Assembly (NCBI RefSeq): GCF_009914755.1
Contig: NC_060930.1
Reading direction: 5' to 3' (one strand)
DNA: 64,000 bases
Origin: the human T2T-CHM13v2.0 reference genome, Homo sapiens
In this document: positions 30,661-45,050 of the stretch, in pieces
Numbering within the stretch: position 1 is the first letter of the stretch
Layout of the letters: the number at the start of each line of letters is the position of its first letter
Made by a program: the position numbers and the translations under genes
Notes under the pieces: model-generated
Database searches by the model: none
What the model saw: only the letters and a program-made list of their open reading frames with translations
Told to the model about the DNA's origin: nothing

Positions 30661-32233
30661 ATTAGGGAGTTGTGAACAGAAAGAATAAACTCAAGCTTCA
30701 AGTGAGATGGAATCCCTACTCCCTCCAGAAGACCTTTTATGTGATATAAGGAAACAGTGCAATCCACCATAATATCATAATTTGAAAAAAATTGTATCAA
30801 CTATTCAAGAATTACTACATTCCTATACAGTAAACACTTTATTATTTTTTTATTGACATTTCATTATTTTACTATAACGAAATGTAATTTAATCATACTG
30901 GCTCTTTAGAGTTTCTCTTGAAATGTCTAAAATCTGTTTCTTAGAGCCCATATATGTATAAGAGTGTGTGTGTGTGTTCGCGTATGCGTGCATGTGCGTG
31001 AGTGTGCATGCACAGATGCAGTCAGTATCAGGCTTTAAATGAATGAGCTAAAAATTTGGCAGAGTGTGTCAGTTATAAGTTTATTTTTTGTGAAGGCAAA
31101 AATAAATTTGTTGGATAATGCGTTTGTGAGTAGTAGATCAATTTGTTCACATATTTTGCAAAAGTTAGAGCTTATTACTCATTCATGTACTATTGATGTA
31201 ACGCATTAGAAGACAGTTAACATTAGGTCCTAATGGCACCTGACCAAAAGGAGCTGTGGGCCTGGCCTATACACCTTATTGCCTGTTTTCAGCATCAACT
31301 GATTTAGTGAAGCAGCAAAAAGAAAAATGGTGTGTGCAGCATTATCTTTCTGCCACAGATACATGTTTTTAATTTCCAAGTTTCCAATGCATCATTCAGT
31401 TTTATCTAACGGGAATGCAGCTGAGAGAAGTTTGTAACAACCCAAAACTACATGCTAATATAGTTTAGTTTTCAAGTCTTGTGGAGTCTTTTTTTTTTTA
31501 ATGGAATAAGATCATCAGAAATCCAGGAGCAAGACAGACTGGCTGTGGTCTACCAGCATTGTAGTAAAAACATTGGGGAAGTTTTATAAGACCTAATTAT
31601 TAGAAAATACCATAAAATAGTCATTTTCATAGAAAAAGCTTTCCCTTTCCTCACACTGAATCACATTACTTTGTGTTCAAGGTAAAATGTAGTTTGAAAT
31701 CTGGATGTAAATTAGAAAAGACATTATTTTATTCCAAGTGAAACATGTATTCACACTTCACGTCTTGAAGCACCAGTGGCCATTTGGGCTGAGTTTTCAA
31801 GAAAAAAAAATTATATAGATTTTATGCCCTTTTTTTAACCTAAGAGATATTAAGTAATAGCTATTCCACTATCAGACAATGTGCATAAATTCTAGTCAGA
31901 TTTTTCTTTTGATTAGTGAACAATAGGACAATTTTGCTGGATGTTTAGTATATTCATGGCTGTCACATCATTATTAAATTCCAGAATATTAACATGCTTT
32001 GTGTGATGCATTTTTAATCCATCATAAACCAAACAATATATATTTGTTTACTGTTATTAATGGTTTTTCATTGTGACGTCCTAGCCTTAAATAAGAACTT
32101 CAGCAATAATTATAAAGATGGCATTTATTACTACCTAAAAGTATGTCCCAATAACCTTGATCATGGATAGGAATACTATTTTATAAAATAAATGGATTAA
32201 ACTTTTTTTGCAATCCTTTTCTTTCTGATTCAG

Positions 32234-32320
32234 TTTCAGCCCCTCTTGTGTCGCAGAAGGACTTGACGACTACCGCTGCACGGCTTGTCCACGGGGATAT
32301 GAAGGCCAGTACTGTGAAAG
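32234..32320 (+). CDS. LAMA2: Laminin alpha-2 coding exon (~exon 31): LE repeat
   Basis: Acceptor ttctgattcAG, donor AAG/gtacca. 87 bp, phase 2-2. Reads (N)FSPSCVAEGLDDYRCTACPRGYEGQYCE(R). Confidence 0.96.
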
Positions 32321-33304
32321 GTACCAACAGCCATGAAACGTACAGAGTAATGATATGTAGGGACTATATGGTAAAGGGTCACAATAGGAAAACATTCATT
32401 ATTTGAAGAACTTCAATATTTGCATATCCTTTAGAAGTTTAAATTACAATGCTTTCAAAACCACTTGTGTATCTTAGAATTTGTCCAAAGAAAGTTGTTT
32501 ATTTCCACCGTATGTTTAGACTTTATCAAAGATTCCAAACTATTTACAATTATCTAACTTATGCTTTAGTATATATATATATATAATTTTATATGTAAAT
32601 ATAACATTTCATAAGAATAAATCAATTTTCAAAAGCTTAGCAGTAGTTACTACTAATAAGAAACTGGCTACACTTTTCTTATTTTAATGCACTGGAAAAT
32701 ATTGTCTGGAAGTAACTGAATTCACGTCATTGTTCTGAACACTATGACTACACCAGCAAGTGTATACATAACTCAAAATATAAATAGTATCAAGAATTTT
32801 TAATTAGTACCCAGACAATAAAGTATTTGTTATTCAGTTTTCCTTTTCAATAGGCAAACAATATTATTTAAATGTTTTCTCTTACCATATTGCTTATGAA
32901 ATCTCATAATGCATGTATACAGCTGTTAAATTGAATTCTCAGTGTAATCCAAATGGTAAATTAAGGAGTACAGTTCCAAACTGATTGTCTAGAAAAGTTG
33001 CAATTAATATCTTCCAGATATATATTTTCTGTAAGATCAGTATCCTGGATATTCAAACTTGTCACCACCACTTTTGGTATATTTTAGATATTATCTTTAA
33101 TATAACAGAGAGTTACTAATGTTAACTACTAACATTATACACACATGATAGTTTTAGCATAATTGATAGCAGTATAAAAGTTTTAGAAAGATCCATAGAC
33201 TTCGCTCAATTCCAACAGTTCAGCTACATTCCATTTTCCTCATCTATAATCTCAGGAATCATTGATAGGCCACCTACTTTACACTAATATTGTGACAATA
33301 AGTG

Positions 33305-33620
33305 TGTAAAGGACACTGTTGGTGCCCTGCCTAGGCACCTACACTGAAGCCTTCTCTCCAACAGAAGAGGCAGAAAGGCCTGAATGTTTACCCGCCCTTC
33401 CTGCAGTGGCCCATGACTAACCAGCGTGAGAGTACAAAAGTCCAGCTCTTTGGCCCCTAAGTGGAACAAGTTTTGAGATCTTATTTTATGCTCCAGAGCA
33501 CTCCATGGAATCAGGCTAAGACTGGGACATCACCTGAAATCATACCCTTGATTAGAGCTTTTCTTTTCCATGTCCTGCTTCACCCACTCCTTTGCTAGAT
33601 TCTCCTAGGAACACTTAAAT
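33305..33620 (+). mobile_element. LTR16 (LTR16C-like) ERVL LTR fragment
   Basis: atgctccagagcactccatggaatcaggctaagactgg...cctgaaatcatacccttg...tgtcctgcttcacccactcc. Confidence 0.75.
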
Positions 33621-35044
33621 GGTAAGCTTCTTTGTAAATATAAACTAATACTAATTATCAGCATCCACTTAAGAGTCTTGTTTTATATAACCAGCAACAG
33701 CTGTATTAATCATGGCAATAAGTAACTAAATAATTAGGGTTAAGCTTTATAAATCCCAATGCAATTTTTATACATTTGTAAAATATATTTCTAAATAAAT
33801 CCGTATGTGGTAACTCTAAACACAGTATCCAATATTTGCATATATATAAAACAGTGGATTCACAATTTCCATACCAACAGAAATTAGCAGCAATTAAATA
33901 ACTCATAGCAACACCAAATCTAAAAATATTTCCATTTGTTCTGAAGATATATACATCTTTTGGATATAGATATAGGTGATACAAGTACATACTTGTTAAT
34001 ACCCACCAGTGAGCTTTGGTATTCATGGTTAGACTAATATTTATTTCCTGTACCTTTAAACACCAGTAGGATGGTGACTAAAAGCATCGCTGGACACCAA
34101 AAAGATTATCTACAGTAATTCATGAAAAAAAAATTATGATATAGCTACATTTATACACTGTAGTTACCATTTTCTACAAAAGCATGTGTATAGAATAGGC
34201 TAGAAGGGTACACTAAAATAACAATTATTGTGTTAAAGCAGAATGATTACAGAAAATTTATTTGTTAATATCCAGTAGTATTTAATCGATAAAAGCTGTC
34301 AGTTTGTGTAGCATAGAGATGAGCAGGGCCATACAGTATCAAATGTGAGTGACTTAAAGTGTTTTTCCAGTCCTCAAACATTGTTATAGCTTTGCATTCA
34401 TCATCTCTAACATATAAATGATCAGGTTATATTTCTCTGAAAAATTGCTTTATTCAGCTATATTAAACCAAAGTTCTTGGTTAAATTTTTATTGTAACCT
34501 TCCAAATAAATTTGTTCCAGTGCTGAGAGCTTCTTAAATCATTTAAATCATCTTTCGACCTGCTCAGACTGATCAGGTTAGGTCTAAAACTGCTTAAATT
34601 TCTTGAGTATCCCTGTAATATAGAAACCTCTCCTCATACTTTATTTTCAATACTCTTGTAATAAACTCTTTGAACATTTAATCAATCTGAATCTGCTTAG
34701 AATACAATTATTTTACCTATAAATGTTAAGAAGCCATTTAAGTGGACTTACTTAAATGCTACTTTCAGTATTTGTACTCTTTCATTGAAAAAAATAATCA
34801 AAAACATGAATGTATAAAAGCCTAATGTCACAAATCGTTTTCTTCATGTTTTGCCTTTTCTAACCAGCACAGGGTGAATTAACTTTCACAGTCAGCCATG
34901 CAGATTTCACAGTCTCAGGCAGCTAAAGATGGTCTATGATTATCTTGCCAGTATTTATAGCTTTTGGCTCCAATCCCCTACTGTCTCTCAACTTCCTCAC
35001 ATACTTGCCTGTTGAACAAAAATTCTAACTGTTTGTTATATTTA

Positions 35045-35177
35045 CACTGACCATATATAAAACTTGTTGTCCAATCTGGGACACTATATTAAAAACAGGC
35101 AGTGTTTTTAGCAATTAAGCCAAAACAACAGGTAATAGGAAATTGTCCTGGGCAAACCAGAATGTATGGCCCTGCTA
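35045..35177. mobile_element. MER94-like hAT-Blackjack MITE
   Basis: gaccatata...gtccaatctgggacact...tgtcctgggcaaaccagaatgtatgg. Confidence 0.7.
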
Positions 35178-35620
35178 GCATTGTGTAAAGTTACCAAACT
35201 TCCAGTGTCATAACCCGGAGTGAAATACACTTAGGTGAATGGATGCATAGATACGTGGAAGAGTCAATTAATGGACTGCATTTAGGGTTCATCCAGTTGG
35301 ATTCTCTTTCTACTTTTCCAAATCAGTGTTATATATTTTGTTTGCATATCATTAACCCACTTCCACAGATACACATGAAAAATCCATCTTGAGGAAGATA
35401 TGGCAAAAAGAAAAGATGAATAAAAGTAAACAGAAAATCTGAGTAGCCTATTGCCACTTAACTTGCCTCTTTTGCCTCATTGGTAAAATTAATGGGTTGT
35501 ATTATTTGGTTATTTTGAGATCTGAAATTCATGAGTATAGGGAAGCCCAGAAGTCAATATAGAATTGCACTCATCTCTAATTATACAAGAGGACTTAACA
35601 AAAAAGTTTATGATCTAGAG

Positions 35621-35993
35621 CAGTCACAGACAAACTATGACCCACAGGCCAAATTTGGCCCATTTCTGATTCTGTATGGCACTCAATTAAGAACTGTTGT
35701 TACAGGTCAGCATTTACAATCAATTTGATGACAGGAGGCACTAAGTTATAACCCAAATGAAGGATAATTTCAAACCTCAGGAAGAATCCAATTCTTCTCA
35801 TTAGTAGCCTGATATTACAAAGTAATTTAACATTATTATTATTATTATTATTAATGTTTTCAATTCCATCAACAACAGCAGAATGCTTTAGAATTTTATT
35901 TCTTTTTCACGGCATAATCTTGATTTTTCCTATGTCCTGCAAAGCCTACTGTTTACTATCTGACCCTTTACAGGAAAAGTTAACTAATGTATG
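35621..35993. mobile_element. MER58-family (hAT-Charlie) element ending ~105 bp upstream of the 194-bp exon
   Basis: caaactatgacccacaggccaaatttggccc ... caaagcct...tttactatctgaccctttacaggaaaagtt. Confidence 0.75.
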
Positions 35994-36099
35994 GACTCTT
36001 GCTATCAGTTTTGTTGCATCAAAACAAAAGACCACACACAACAATGTGGAGACATGACTTGCTATTAACCTCTTTTGCTTTGTCACTGTTTCAATTCAG

Positions 36100-36293
36100 G
36101 TGTGCCCCTGGCTATACTGGCAGTCCAGGCAACCCTGGAGGCTCCTGCCAAGAATGTGAGTGTGATCCCTATGGCTCACTGCCTGTGCCCTGTGACCCTG
36201 TCACAGGATTCTGCACGTGCCGACCTGGAGCCACGGGAAGGAAGTGTGACGGCTGCAAGCACTGGCATGCACGCGAGGGCTGGGAGTGTGTTT
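36100..36293 (+). CDS. LAMA2: Laminin alpha-2 coding exon (~exon 32): last LE repeats
   Basis: Acceptor caattcAG, donor TTT/gtacgt. 194 bp, phase 2 to 1. Reads (R)[64 protein letters not shown](F); lies inside ORF 35987..36406. Confidence 0.97.
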
Positions 36294-39200
36294 GTACGTA
36301 TACTAACTTTGCTGTTAGTTTTGGAGGCCTTGATTCCAGTTCTGTCTCATTTCCAATGAGAAAGAGTGACTCTCCCCGCCCGCCTTTTTTTTTTTTTTTG
36401 CAATAGTTATACTCTTCATTCTTTCTGACACTATCTATCCACCTTCTGCTGTTCACCTGCTGATTGCGTGTCCATCCTGCTGAGCCAAGAACAGCTGAGA
36501 AAATCCTCAGTGTGCTTTAGTCAGTTCATTGAAAGACCTACAATGAAGCTCCTGGAGGCATTTTATTTGATTTGTCCATCTCAGGGTTTACAGTTTTGCC
36601 TCAAGTTGGCATTGCCTTTGTGACAGATTAAAGATGTGAGTGTATTAAAAAATTTAGAATCCTCCTGAATTTGTAATCGACTGGACAGATACTTTAAGCC
36701 TTGAATGACAACTGATGTTTCTTTTCCCAGCTTTTATGAAAATCCATGGGCATACTGCTTCATAATTTTCTCTTGAACTACAAAACCCGTAAGCAGTAAC
36801 AATGAAGTCAAGTATTTTTACTCACGTACAGTAAGTGGAGAGCAGTTTGCTCTCTTGCTGTCTCTCTTTTTTCTTACTGATTCTGGATTCGCTAGTGCCA
36901 TATTGAAAGTACATTGAAATCAGTAGCTAAATATAATTCTTGGATCTTGCATACATTCAAATCCAAAATAGGTTATTTATAAATTTAAGGAAGGAGTGCT
37001 CTTCTATAGTATTCTTTTCCTCAAGGAAATTTATTTTAGCACCTTTTATTTCAACATTTACCTATTGTAATAGTATTTGTGCATGTCAACATTTCTTGTT
37101 TTAGCATATTGTTTGAGTCTAAATCTTAATAGTATCTTAAATAGAAGAATTTTTGTTTATGTTCTAGTTTTATAAGAGTTAACCTCAGAAGCTAAAGCTG
37201 GATTAAAAAATACACCAAAAAGTTAAGACTGGGTGTTATTTGGGAAAATAGATTTTAAAATCATTTTTTCTTTGTATTTTAACCATCTTTAATGAAAATG
37301 TATTACACTGAAAATAAATGTGAAGGTAGGTGAGAGGGGAGAGATTAAATGTACTGTCAAATACATTTATATTGTCATATTTAGTTGATAGTATATACAC
37401 ACTAATTCTTCCCAAGTATAATGATATATTTTAATGATAATTAAAGAAGTAGACTATCAAAGTATTTTATAATATTGCTTTCAAGTCAAATAAATTATTA
37501 ACATGCACATAATTAACTAGATAATATATAGATATTCTTAATGTAAACAGTCCTTGAATTATTAATCATCACTTTTATTAACTATCCAGAAGCAAACTTG
37601 AAATAAAAAGATCATATTAATGTTAAGCACAAAAATTAAACAATAGTACATTAAAATCTGGGGTAGATAATATAATGGGATTATTTGGGGAACATTTCTT
37701 TTAAAGAGAATTGGCATTCTGCCCATCAACAACAATGGCTTTTTCATTTATTGTTGATGATCAATACTTTTTTAACATTTTGAATACATTTATCATTAGA
37801 AATCGTAATTCATCTTTTCCCTATCACATATGTGGGTTTCTAATCTCCACTTGTCCCATGTGATATTAAGAAAAGGGCCAATCCTCCAGTTACAAAGCTA
37901 CACCAGTTTTATAATTCTTATTTGCTTTATTCTTGCCCCACAAGGAAATGTATTTACAGGGGTTATACATGGTATTTAGTTCAGTTGCTGGACTGGAAGT
38001 GTTTATATTCTTTTTAAAAGAATAGCAGTTTTTATTCCAGAAAAAAATATTAAATTATAGGATTGTTTTTGATATCTAGACTCTTTTGCTAAAGCACAGT
38101 TAATTATCTTATAATTATGCTGTATAGATTTTCCATATACTGCTCTTAAGCATTAGTGATTTCCACTTACTTCTAGGAATGTTTTCTCTTCACCTTTCAC
38201 TAAACTAACTCTAAGAATTGTTACACAGAGTATCTTTAGACTTTTCATCTTTTCTCTTCTTCTAAAATTTCTCCCGTTATGGAAAAATATGCCATGATTC
38301 TATGATCTTGGCCTTTCCCAGGATTCGGTTTCTACTTCTACTCCTAGTTTTGAAATCAGATAAAATAAGACACAAGTGAGGATGTAATTCTGACTTATTC
38401 TCAATTTTCCTTTTAATATATTTCTGTATCCTTAAGCTAAATTAGTGCAAGAGACCAAAAAATGGATTCACCTGGGGTGTTTGATCTGCAGGACCTGTTT
38501 TAGCACATGTAATCATGGTGGAATTGCATAAGGCCTGGGGGTGAGAGTAAGGGAGGTAGCTTGGCTCTAGCAAGAGAATTTAGATGTAGTAAGAGAAATG
38601 TCTGCAGTGCTTGTTGTTAGTATAGTACTGACTACAGGAAATAAACTTTCTCCTATTGCTTAGAATAAGTAAACACTCAGTTTAGTAGCATGTATTGTAC
38701 AAGAGTTAATTTTGCTTCCTTTAGTTACTTCCCTGGGAAATATAATTTAGACTGATCCACATCATGGATTTGTGTATTTCAAAAACAGAAAAGAAAAGAA
38801 AGAGAGACAGAAATGCATGATAAATGACCTAAGCCTGATCATTGTGTGATCTCAGGTAATTTGCATATTGGTGAAAGGAATCTATACACTCACTGTAAAT
38901 TTAGTTTAGGCTCTTATTTCTCAAAGTATATAAAATTCTGCTGAAGAGATCAGGCAAAACAAAGCCAATGCAGGAACTGTGAAAGGACTTCCCTTGGACA
39001 CCTTGGTCCCTAAAAGATACTTATAGCTTCCAGGGACAGTTGCCAGTGACCCCTGGATTTTACTGGATCCAAAATGGAATTTTTTGCAGCACACAGGCCT
39101 TTTATATGTGGATTTTCACTACTATCATGAAGAATGTATACAAATAATCTGTGTCCACGTTAGGAACCTATTTAGACATCACAGTCTCTCATAGTTAGTG

Positions 39201-39314
39201 ACCTAAATTCAGCCCCACCATGCAGAGTCAGTTCCTGAGCATAACTAAGCAATTTATTCACCTTCAAATTCCAGGCATTCTCTAAAGTCCCTTTTACCAC
39301 ACAGGGTTCATCAT

Positions 39315-39550
39315 AATAGTAATTTTATTTAAAGGCTCACCTTGACTGAGAACTTACCATTTGCCAGGCACTATATTAAGCATTTTACACGTGGTTCTTT
39401 CATTCTTGTAACATTCCCATTCCTTATCATCCCCACTGTGTGATAAGAGAACTGAATTTAGGTAGGTTAAGTCATTTTCTCAGTGACTTTTCAGTAGATC
39501 CGTGATTTGAGCATGGGTCAGTCTTACAAATCTTATTTTCTTAACCTCTA
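39315..39550 (-). mobile_element. MIR
   Basis: actgagaacttaccatttgccaggcact...gagaactga...aggttaagtcatttt. Confidence 0.65.
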
Positions 39551-41519
39551 TGCTGGCTACTGATAAACAGAGAAAGCAAACGTGGTTTAGCCAGTATATT
39601 CAACATTAATGAATTCAGCCCTTTATTCATTTACTGCTTCCATGTTTAGAGCCCATTCTACCTCGATTAAAAATAAATATAAAACTAGCTAAAATTACAA
39701 AATGAGAAATTTTAAGTGTATGTAATCTCAGTAATGACATTTATTTTCTGCTAATCATTGAGACTCCTCTAAGATTTAAAACATTATGGCATTTATGGTA
39801 GATTCCTTTTCATCAGAGATTGTCAAGTAGAGACTGTCTTCTATGCAGAAGAAAAGATACTAGCTGGGTGCCCAGATTAACTTCACAGCCTCTTTTTTTC
39901 TAAAAGGAATTATTTGGGACAGCTTTACAATGTTATGTATGTTGGTGAGTTCTGAAGAGATATTTTATTAATTTCCCAAATTAAGATTTCTTCTTGATAA
40001 GTTAATACAAATCCATCCTCCTCTTTCAACTGTCATTCATAGTTCACATGTCATTTTATAAAATGAGAACAACTAACCTGCCTTCAAGAAACTTAAAAAT
40101 GAACAAAGAAGCCATTATTTGCTTAACAGTAAAGTTTAGTATTTTGAAACACAAAACTTGGATTTGTTCATATCCTATTTTCTGTAAACTCATATCATTA
40201 ACACAGAATAACCCATGTGATGTTTAAAATAGATTATGAGTGGCATAGTAAAATGTATTACTCTCCTAGAGAACAGAAATTAAAATTAGTATCTGTTGGC
40301 AAGATATTACTTCATAAAAATTGCCTGAAATAGCATTTTATAAATATCAAATTGGTGTTGCCTATTTTTAATCACTGCATAGTGGGGTTTTTGGGATATA
40401 TCAGCTTTTATTATTTATAGTCACAATTTACTTAAATTCTAACATATATTTATTTAAAATAAAACATACACTTTGCTTGCCAATTTGCAAAAGTGATCAT
40501 GAACTATGTTTTCTACTTGCAACCTGAGATAAGCCTAGCTAAATGTGGTAATTTTCCTTAACTCTGTAAAATTGGCAACTTCCAACCACTTGGTGAAACC
40601 GGAAGTCTGAAGTTTTATCCTATCTTGATCTACAGAGATATAATCAACATTGTTGTTTTTAATAGCCAGTTGCCACCAAAGATCTGATCACAATAATGCA
40701 GAGACCTTTATATATTATCACTAGAACACTGTTGTACATTTATAATCAAAAATGATTAATAATGGCAGTGATTGCCCCCTATATATGGGAGCAGAAACAA
40801 AATAGAATGTGGTTATCACTGTAATGAAAACAGGACTTACTATTCTGAAAAATGATGATAAACATCAGTTGATCTCCAGATGCTGATTACTGATCTAACA
40901 CTTTGCTTGTTGTACCCCCTAAATGTCATCCTCTCTCTGCTCGTACTCACTGCTCAAGTAAGTTCTTATTTGAAAGGACAGTAAGTATGTCATAGTTTTC
41001 TATAGTCTAAGCTGTGTCATGTTGTTCACATCCAGGTGTTAGGCAATCTATAAAACATCTTCTGTTCACCTTGTTTGCACCTTCTACTCATTTGTTTTGT
41101 TAGTAAAAGATATTTGAGTTTCTTGTTGTCAACCTTAGCATTGGTCCAGGCTAACAATGTGTGGAATGGCAACTATCACCGTGATTCTAGATGATTTTCC
41201 TAGTTGTTAGAGATCAGTCTCAGTGGTTTGTATATTATTGAGGAAGCTGTTCTGCTAGCTGATTAAGGAGTTGCACAGTTGAATTATCGTATAGAGACAG
41301 CTGATCACTGTTGCCTTTGTTTTCAGCAAGTTTTATTTGAAGAGTAAACTAAACTCTACTTTGATTGCAATTTCTACTCTGGCAAGGCTCAGGAGGTTTT
41401 ATTGACCTTGAAAGACAAACTAAAATCACATAATCTTAAAGTTGGAAGAAATAAGTAAACTAGCCTAGCCTTCTCTTTTTCTGTGACATCCACAAAACAG
41501 ACAGCATCCTAATGCAAGG

Positions 41520-41710
41520 AAGCATGGTGTTATGAAGTGGCTACAGAAGGTTTGAAACCTAGCTTGCAATTTGTGTGACATTATTTAATTTCCTAAACCT
41601 CATTTTCATCCTCTGTAAAATGGATGTAAAATGCTACATACATGTATGTGAAGTATCTAAGCATAATAGGTGCTCAATAAATTCTAGGCATTGTTATCAT
41701 CATTGTTATT
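41520..41710 (+). mobile_element. MIR
   Basis: cctcattttcatcctctgtaaaatgg...aggtgctcaataaat. Confidence 0.65.
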
Positions 41711-42161
41711 ATGTGACCATTTTTTTCCCCAAAGACCTGATGTTTTGTGCAACGCATCAGTTTCTGATGAAATATTTTCTTTAGTTTAGGCTGACTTTCA
41801 GTTTCCTGTTACTATCTCTAATTCTAGGTTCTTCAAGTCACTGAAAACCACTTTTATGGCCACCTTACATTTCTCCTGTCTTTAAGCCCTTCACATGCAT
41901 TATTTATAGATTCATAAACACTCTGGTTGTGACTATTTTTCTCATCTGTAAAATGAGGATATGAATGGTACTTACCTCATAGAATTGCTTTAAATATTAA
42001 GTGAGATAATGATGGCAAAGTATAATACATTGCCAGTCATGTAGTGACTGTTGTGTAGATAAAAACTATTATCCCATTATTATTTATAGTACTTTCAAAG
42101 TTTCCATTAGTGTTTTGAAGAGTTACACCATCTTTGAACCACATTGAACTTGTTTTCCCAT

Positions 42162-42287
42162 GTATTATATATAGAATTTTATTTAATATATATAAAACAC
42201 ATATATCAATATTTAATATATAAAAAATATATAAAATATATACATATAAAACACATATCATAAAACATATATATAAAACATAAATAT
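42162..42287. repeat. AT-rich low-complexity tract
   Basis: Recurring atataaaacacatatatca-like units. Confidence 0.75.
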
Positions 42288-44312
42288 CGTTACTTGGTAT
42301 GTCGACAAATTCATCAGTCTCAGCTGAAGTCTACAGCTTTCCTCTCTATTCAAAGAAATGACAGGTTAAAAGGTCTTCTTAATGACTCTGGAATCAAATT
42401 TTTATTTGAGAAGATATTTATTTTAAAATAGAATGACTAAATACATCTTAATAAGCCCTAAATATATGCTAATGTAAAAGTTTCTTTTTGAAGGGGAAAA
42501 AGGGAAGTGAGAAATAGAAAATTCAGATCCAGGGAACCGTCAATGGCATTCATCTAGGAGAGTTAATTTAACATACACACATTAACACATAATTTTATCT
42601 TTTGTTAAAAATGTGTATTTACTCATTTTATTCCTATTTGATTAGAGCAGAGAATTTATGTATCGCTACCTAAAATTGGTTAATAGCTTTCGCCCTTTCA
42701 AAAATACTCAGTGTCCTCATTTTAGCTTCAGCTTCTTTGGTTTGGATGCAGTGTGTGATTTTTTTTGTGACAGTAAGCCAGTAGTTATTATGCATGGGGA
42801 ATCCTGGTAGAAATGCAGTATTTTGTGCTAATTGCTAACAGAAAGATCTGTAATACTGGCTGCATGATTTGCCCCTTACATGTGCCCAGCCATAACAATC
42901 TGAATTTAGTACTGTGTTTGTTAATATTAGACACAAATTTATCCTGACACTTTTATAGGCAAAGCCTCGGAAACATTTAGTCATGTAAAATATAATCATG
43001 GTCTTGAAATATTTGCTTTTGCTCCTGTGCATTTTAGGCAGGATTTCACTTTGTAACCTTATTAGTATTGCTGAATTTGGAGAATGGTTTGGAAAGGTTC
43101 TTTGAGGTCCTGATTGTAAGATAGGTGTTCATTTACACTGAGCCATTACTGCACTTTATCAAAGAACAGTTGTTTACAGAATGTGAATATTCCATGTCTC
43201 TACACACTCTTCAGATTTTCCCTATGATAGTAAATTACATTTGGTTTTAATTTGCATTCCATTTCCAATGTTTGTTGCCAGACACTTTGGACTTTTTGAG
43301 GGCAAATAAAAGTAGCTTCTGGTGTAAGTGAAATATTTTGTGTCAGAATAAAATAGCAAACCATTATGTAAAGGGCACTTTCCCCATGTGTTTACCTTAT
43401 AACTTCATGAGCTAGACTTGTACAGAAGCTTTGAAAAAATCCCCATGGCTGTCATATTCATAAGTCTCTCTGACCCATTCAGACAGATGTTAGTATATTG
43501 CTTGGAGCGTACTATAAAACTTACCTTTCACTTATGGAAATGTGCTTGTACTTTGTTCCCCAAAAAGCAAATACAGATACCATAAGACATGGGATAATAA
43601 TAAACCTTTGGACACAGAAACATAAAATGGAATGTATGAGCCCTTGAAAGAGCAATTAAATACATTTTCATTTCAACAGCTGAAGATGAGGAACCAAAAC
43701 AGATGGGCAGGGGATAGAATAAATGAGAGAAAAATCAGTATTCATCATGCCTCTTGGCATTCTAGTACACCGTAGCATATTACAGTACATCAGCTCTAGT
43801 TCTGCATTCTGGTCCCTGATTTATTCTTGTATGAAGTAAAAACTGAGAAAACGATAGGTACTTTCCTTGGAAATTTCTGGAACCATCTAGTAAGGAGTAT
43901 CTAGCCATCCTGTTATCAACAAACTGATTCAATTCCTTCTTGGAAATAGGTAGGTTATATATTATTAAATAAATTAAAGAATAATTTAATGTTTGCTATC
44001 AAAGGCACACACTGCCCTAAAAAGCATGGTGAAACATCCTATTATCATTACCAAGTATCTTTAAAGATCTTGGAGGTGAAAAAAGAGCAAATTGCTTGCT
44101 TGCATCCTAGGAACATCTGCCCAAAATACATCTTCACTAGAGGTCAAATGGAACTTTTAAAACAATGATGAACTTGGGCTCAGTGAGAGAAGAACCTTCC
44201 TATTCTTCATAATTCCTAATAAAATTATAATTGTTACTACTGCTGTTTTTAACCTATGAATTGCAGCTTGAAAGTCTCTGATCTGAATCACATGTGCAAA
44301 ACTTGAAAAAGT

Positions 44313-45050
44313 GTGTCAGTTATCGATTGTATCAGTTATACATTCCAAAGTTTAGTAGCTTAAAACAACAAGTGCATACACTCTCATGATTCTGTAGGTT
44401 GGCAATTTGGGCTGAGCTCAGTTGGACAGATCTTCCACTGTCACGCCTAGGGGCTCCCAGATGGCCTCAAGCCCAAATTGGGGCCTCAACTGCCCTTTCC
44501 TCTCTCACGTTGCCTCCCTTCCTCAAGGAGGCTAACCTGGGATTGTTCTGAAGGCAGCAGGGGTCCAAGAGTGTGAAAGCAGAAAGTGCAAATTTCAATA
44601 TGTTGCTCTGCCACATTCTGTTGGTCAGAGTATGTTGCAAAGCTAACCCAGATTCAAGGGGAAGGGAAGTAGACTTCACATCTTAATGTGAGGTGTGGCA
44701 AAGAAGTATTAACAGTAACCTTTTTTTTTTTTTTTTTTTTGAGATGGAGTCTCACTCTGTTTCCCAGGCTGAAGTGCAGTGGCATGATCTAGGCTCACTG
44801 CAGCCTCTACCTCCTGGGTTCAAGTGATACTCCTCCCTCAGCCTCCCGAGTAGCGGGACTAGAGGCACATGCCACCACACCTGGCTAATTTTTGTATTTT
44901 TAGTAGAGATGGGGTTTCACCATGTTGGCCAGGCTGGTCTCAAACTTCTCACCTCAAGTGATCTGCCCATCTCAAGCCTCCCATACTGCTTGGATTACAG
45001 GCCTGAGCCACCACACCCAGCCAGTAGTAACCATTTTTAATTGTCCCCAG
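44313..45050 (-). mobile_element. MLT1 (MLT1G/H-like) MaLR LTR, interrupted by an Alu
   Basis: tagtagcttaaaacaaca...ctcatgattctgtaggttggcaatttgggctg...tctgccacattctgttggtcaga...cccagattcaagggga. Confidence 0.75.
44721..45022 (-). mobile_element. Alu (AluS-type)
   Basis: T20 tail, antisense dimer, TSD core agtaacc. Confidence 0.95.

Noticed and set aside
35987-36406. 139-aa ORF as a standalone gene (likewise 49097..49342 and 52762..52968)
   Set aside because: Only the spliced exon core is coding; the flanks are intron read-through.
40598-40606. Perfect ETS site ACCGGAAGT
   Set aside because: A single 9-mer with no supporting cluster that I can establish.
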